This document shows, piece after piece, positions 62,060-64,000 of a stretch of 64,000 nucleotides of DNA; positions within the stretch are counted from its first letter, which is position 1, and each line of letters opens with the position of its first letter. The translations under genes were made by a program, and so were the position numbers. The DNA is taken from contig NC_043001.1 of the NCBI RefSeq assembly GCF_006345805.1, forward strand, positions 19,034,001 to 19,098,000, read 5' to 3'. The notes below the pieces were generated by a model, which saw only the letters and a program-made list of their open reading frames with translations, had not been told where the DNA came from and made no database searches. The stretch comes from Octopus sinensis. Taxonomy: Eukaryota.

Positions 62060-62515
62060 TGTTTCTTTATTAGCCACACAGGGCTGCACACAGACAGAAC
62101 AAATTACAAGGTAGAGCTTTTCTTTTGGGGGTTGGTTTTCGATCAAAAGGAATCGTAAAAGGAAAGAAAGAGGACAAAAAAAGGGGAGGATTTTAAAAAA
62201 GGTGGGAGAGGGAAAAAAAAGAAAAGGGGAGAGGGAAAAAAAGTTGACCAATAGGGATCGTAATAACAGAAATGTCAATATGAAGTGTAAAGGTGAGGAC
62301 AGGTGAGGTTTACTCGTGGAAAGAAAAGCCTACGGAAAAGACCACGGTAACCTCGGTCAATAAAGTCACATGTTATATTTCTCTTTTTTTTTGCAAATAA
62401 GCAACTCTCTATATTAATTTTTACGGTTCATAGAATCATAGTCAAGGTGGCTTCGTCATTCATACGTGCCATCCTTGCTACATTCACCCATCTTTTTTTA
62501 AAACATTCACTAGAC

Positions 62516-62518
<3 letters not shown>
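62060..62518 (-). mobile_element. Tx1-family 3' fragment
   Basis: ORF2 end and 3' UTR; (TATC)n at 62026-62059 and 62519-62680. Confidence 0.93.
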
Positions 62519-62600
<82 letters not shown>

Positions 62601-62620
62601 CAGACAGACTGATAGATAGG

Positions 62621-62680
<60 letters not shown>

Positions 62681-63302
62681 CAGTAAGTAGGTATCGGTAG
62701 GAAGGAAGGTAGGTATGTATATATGTATGTATGTATGTACGTATGTATGTATGTATGTAGGTAGGTAGGTAGGTAGGTAGGTAGGTAGGTAGGTTGGTTG
62801 GTAGGTATGCATACATGCATGCATAAATACATATATAAATACCTGTTTGTGTGTATGTGTGTGTCGGGCTGATTGGTTGTATGTATGTATAGATGGATGG
62901 ATGGATAACTTTGTCAGCATCTGACTAGATTGAAACTTGATTGGCTGGCTGCGAGGATGTTGTAGATGATGAAACTGTATAGTTTGGCATAGAATAACAA
63001 TTAATTAGTTTTGCGATCCCCAGAAGAATTCAACATCACGGAATGGTAGAAAAGAATAAAGTACTGTCGGAAGAATATCTCCATCGCCTTATCTGCTGAA
63101 TGGTTTAAACTTAGCATCGTAAGTTAGACGGGAAATTGACATGTCAGTCTCACGAGGCATATATATATACTCCGTTGACATATGGGTAACCAAGGGTATC
63201 ATTGAGCGCTAAGTACCTTTGTTAGTGTCACGGTGCCCTCTATCGTTAGTTTCCAAATATAGAGTAAAGGACATTGAATTTGTGTTATATAGTTATATAG
63301 TT

Positions 63303-63500
63303 GATTCAGTCATTGGATTGCGGCCGTGCTGGGGCACCGCCTTGAAGAGGTCTAGTCATTCAAATCGTACCCATTACTTATTTTTTAGTTTGGTAATTAT
63401 TTTATTGAAACTATTTTGTCGAACCACTAAGTTACGGAGACTAAAGAAAATAACACCAGTTATCAAGGGGTGGAGAGTAAATAAACACACACACAGCTAA
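63303..63500 (-). mobile_element. SINE family A, diverged 3' half
   Basis: Degenerate match (ttcagtcatt.gattgcggccgtgctgg.gcaccgcc..ccactaagttacgg). Confidence 0.6.
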
Positions 63501-63635
63501 TATATATGTATATAGAGAGAGGGACAGAGACAAACAGAAACAAGGAAAATACCACTTGTATTTGAACACTATGCAAATGTTCTTTAAAAAAAATTTCTTT
63601 AAATTTTTCAAAAATTTAATTGCTTTCCATACTTA

Positions 63636-63671
63636 CAGTTGAAAAAGTCTCAATGACTGAAACCGGTACTG
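63636..63671 (+). ncRNA. minimal hammerhead-like motif with U3-A8 core
   Basis: cag-TTGAAAA-AGTC-tcaat-GACT-GAAA-CCGG-TA-ctg. Confidence 0.6.
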
Positions 63672-63722
63672 AAATATTTTTAATAAAATTATTTTAACAT
63701 TTTCTATCTTGACTTTTTTCCG

Positions 63723-63808
<86 letters not shown>

Positions 63809-63833
63809 ATATCATTACAGGAAGAAATTCAAA

Positions 63834-63889
63834 ATCTTACTGCTGTTTCTGGAATATCCTCAAGTATGAGATATTCCGTCATCAGAGAA
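63834..63889 (-). ncRNA. minimal hammerhead, canonical core (family of 4707/4922)
   Basis: ttct-CTGATGA-c-GGAATATC..GATATTCC-a-GAAA-CAGCAG-TA-agat. Confidence 0.68.
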
Positions 63890-64000
63890 AAATTGGGGGG
63901 AGGGGTATGGAAAATGAGAATGGTATATATCAATAAGATAATAACAACTCACTTCCTTCCTCTATGTTATCATCTTATTGAAATATACCATTTTCATTTT

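Overview
This is a repeat-dominated, AT-rich, eukaryotic non-coding window (intron or intergenic) with one 100-N gap. The SINE families and the very high TA/TACA/GATA microsatellite load suggest an octopus (coleoid cephalopod) genome; that assignment is an inference. No host gene could be confidently identified, and most ORF-track entries are microsatellite or SINE artefacts. Recognisable content: about 27 copies or fragments of one tRNA-derived SINE (family A) plus three other SINE families (B, C, D); a near-full-length L1/Tx1-clade LINE with two tandem 3' fragments and a fourth dispersed copy; four CR1-type LINE remnants; a Penelope-like element (PLE) remnant with RT and GIY-YIG motifs; mariner, pogo/Tigger and probable Chapaev3-type DNA transposon remnants; three non-autonomous Helitrons; and several MITE-like or fold-back palindromes. 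Most notable: (1) more than 15 minimal type-I hammerhead ribozyme-like motifs of at least six sequence families, many in outward-facing fold-back duplications; (2) a tandem array of three Tx1 copies, each joined at both ends to (TATC)n; (3) a 19-nt inverted repeat bracketing Tx1 ORF2; (4) a 3' tail shared between SINE family B and that LINE. All alignments were done by eye. Repeat boundaries may be off by a few to about 20 nt, and family names rest on remembered motifs, not database searches.
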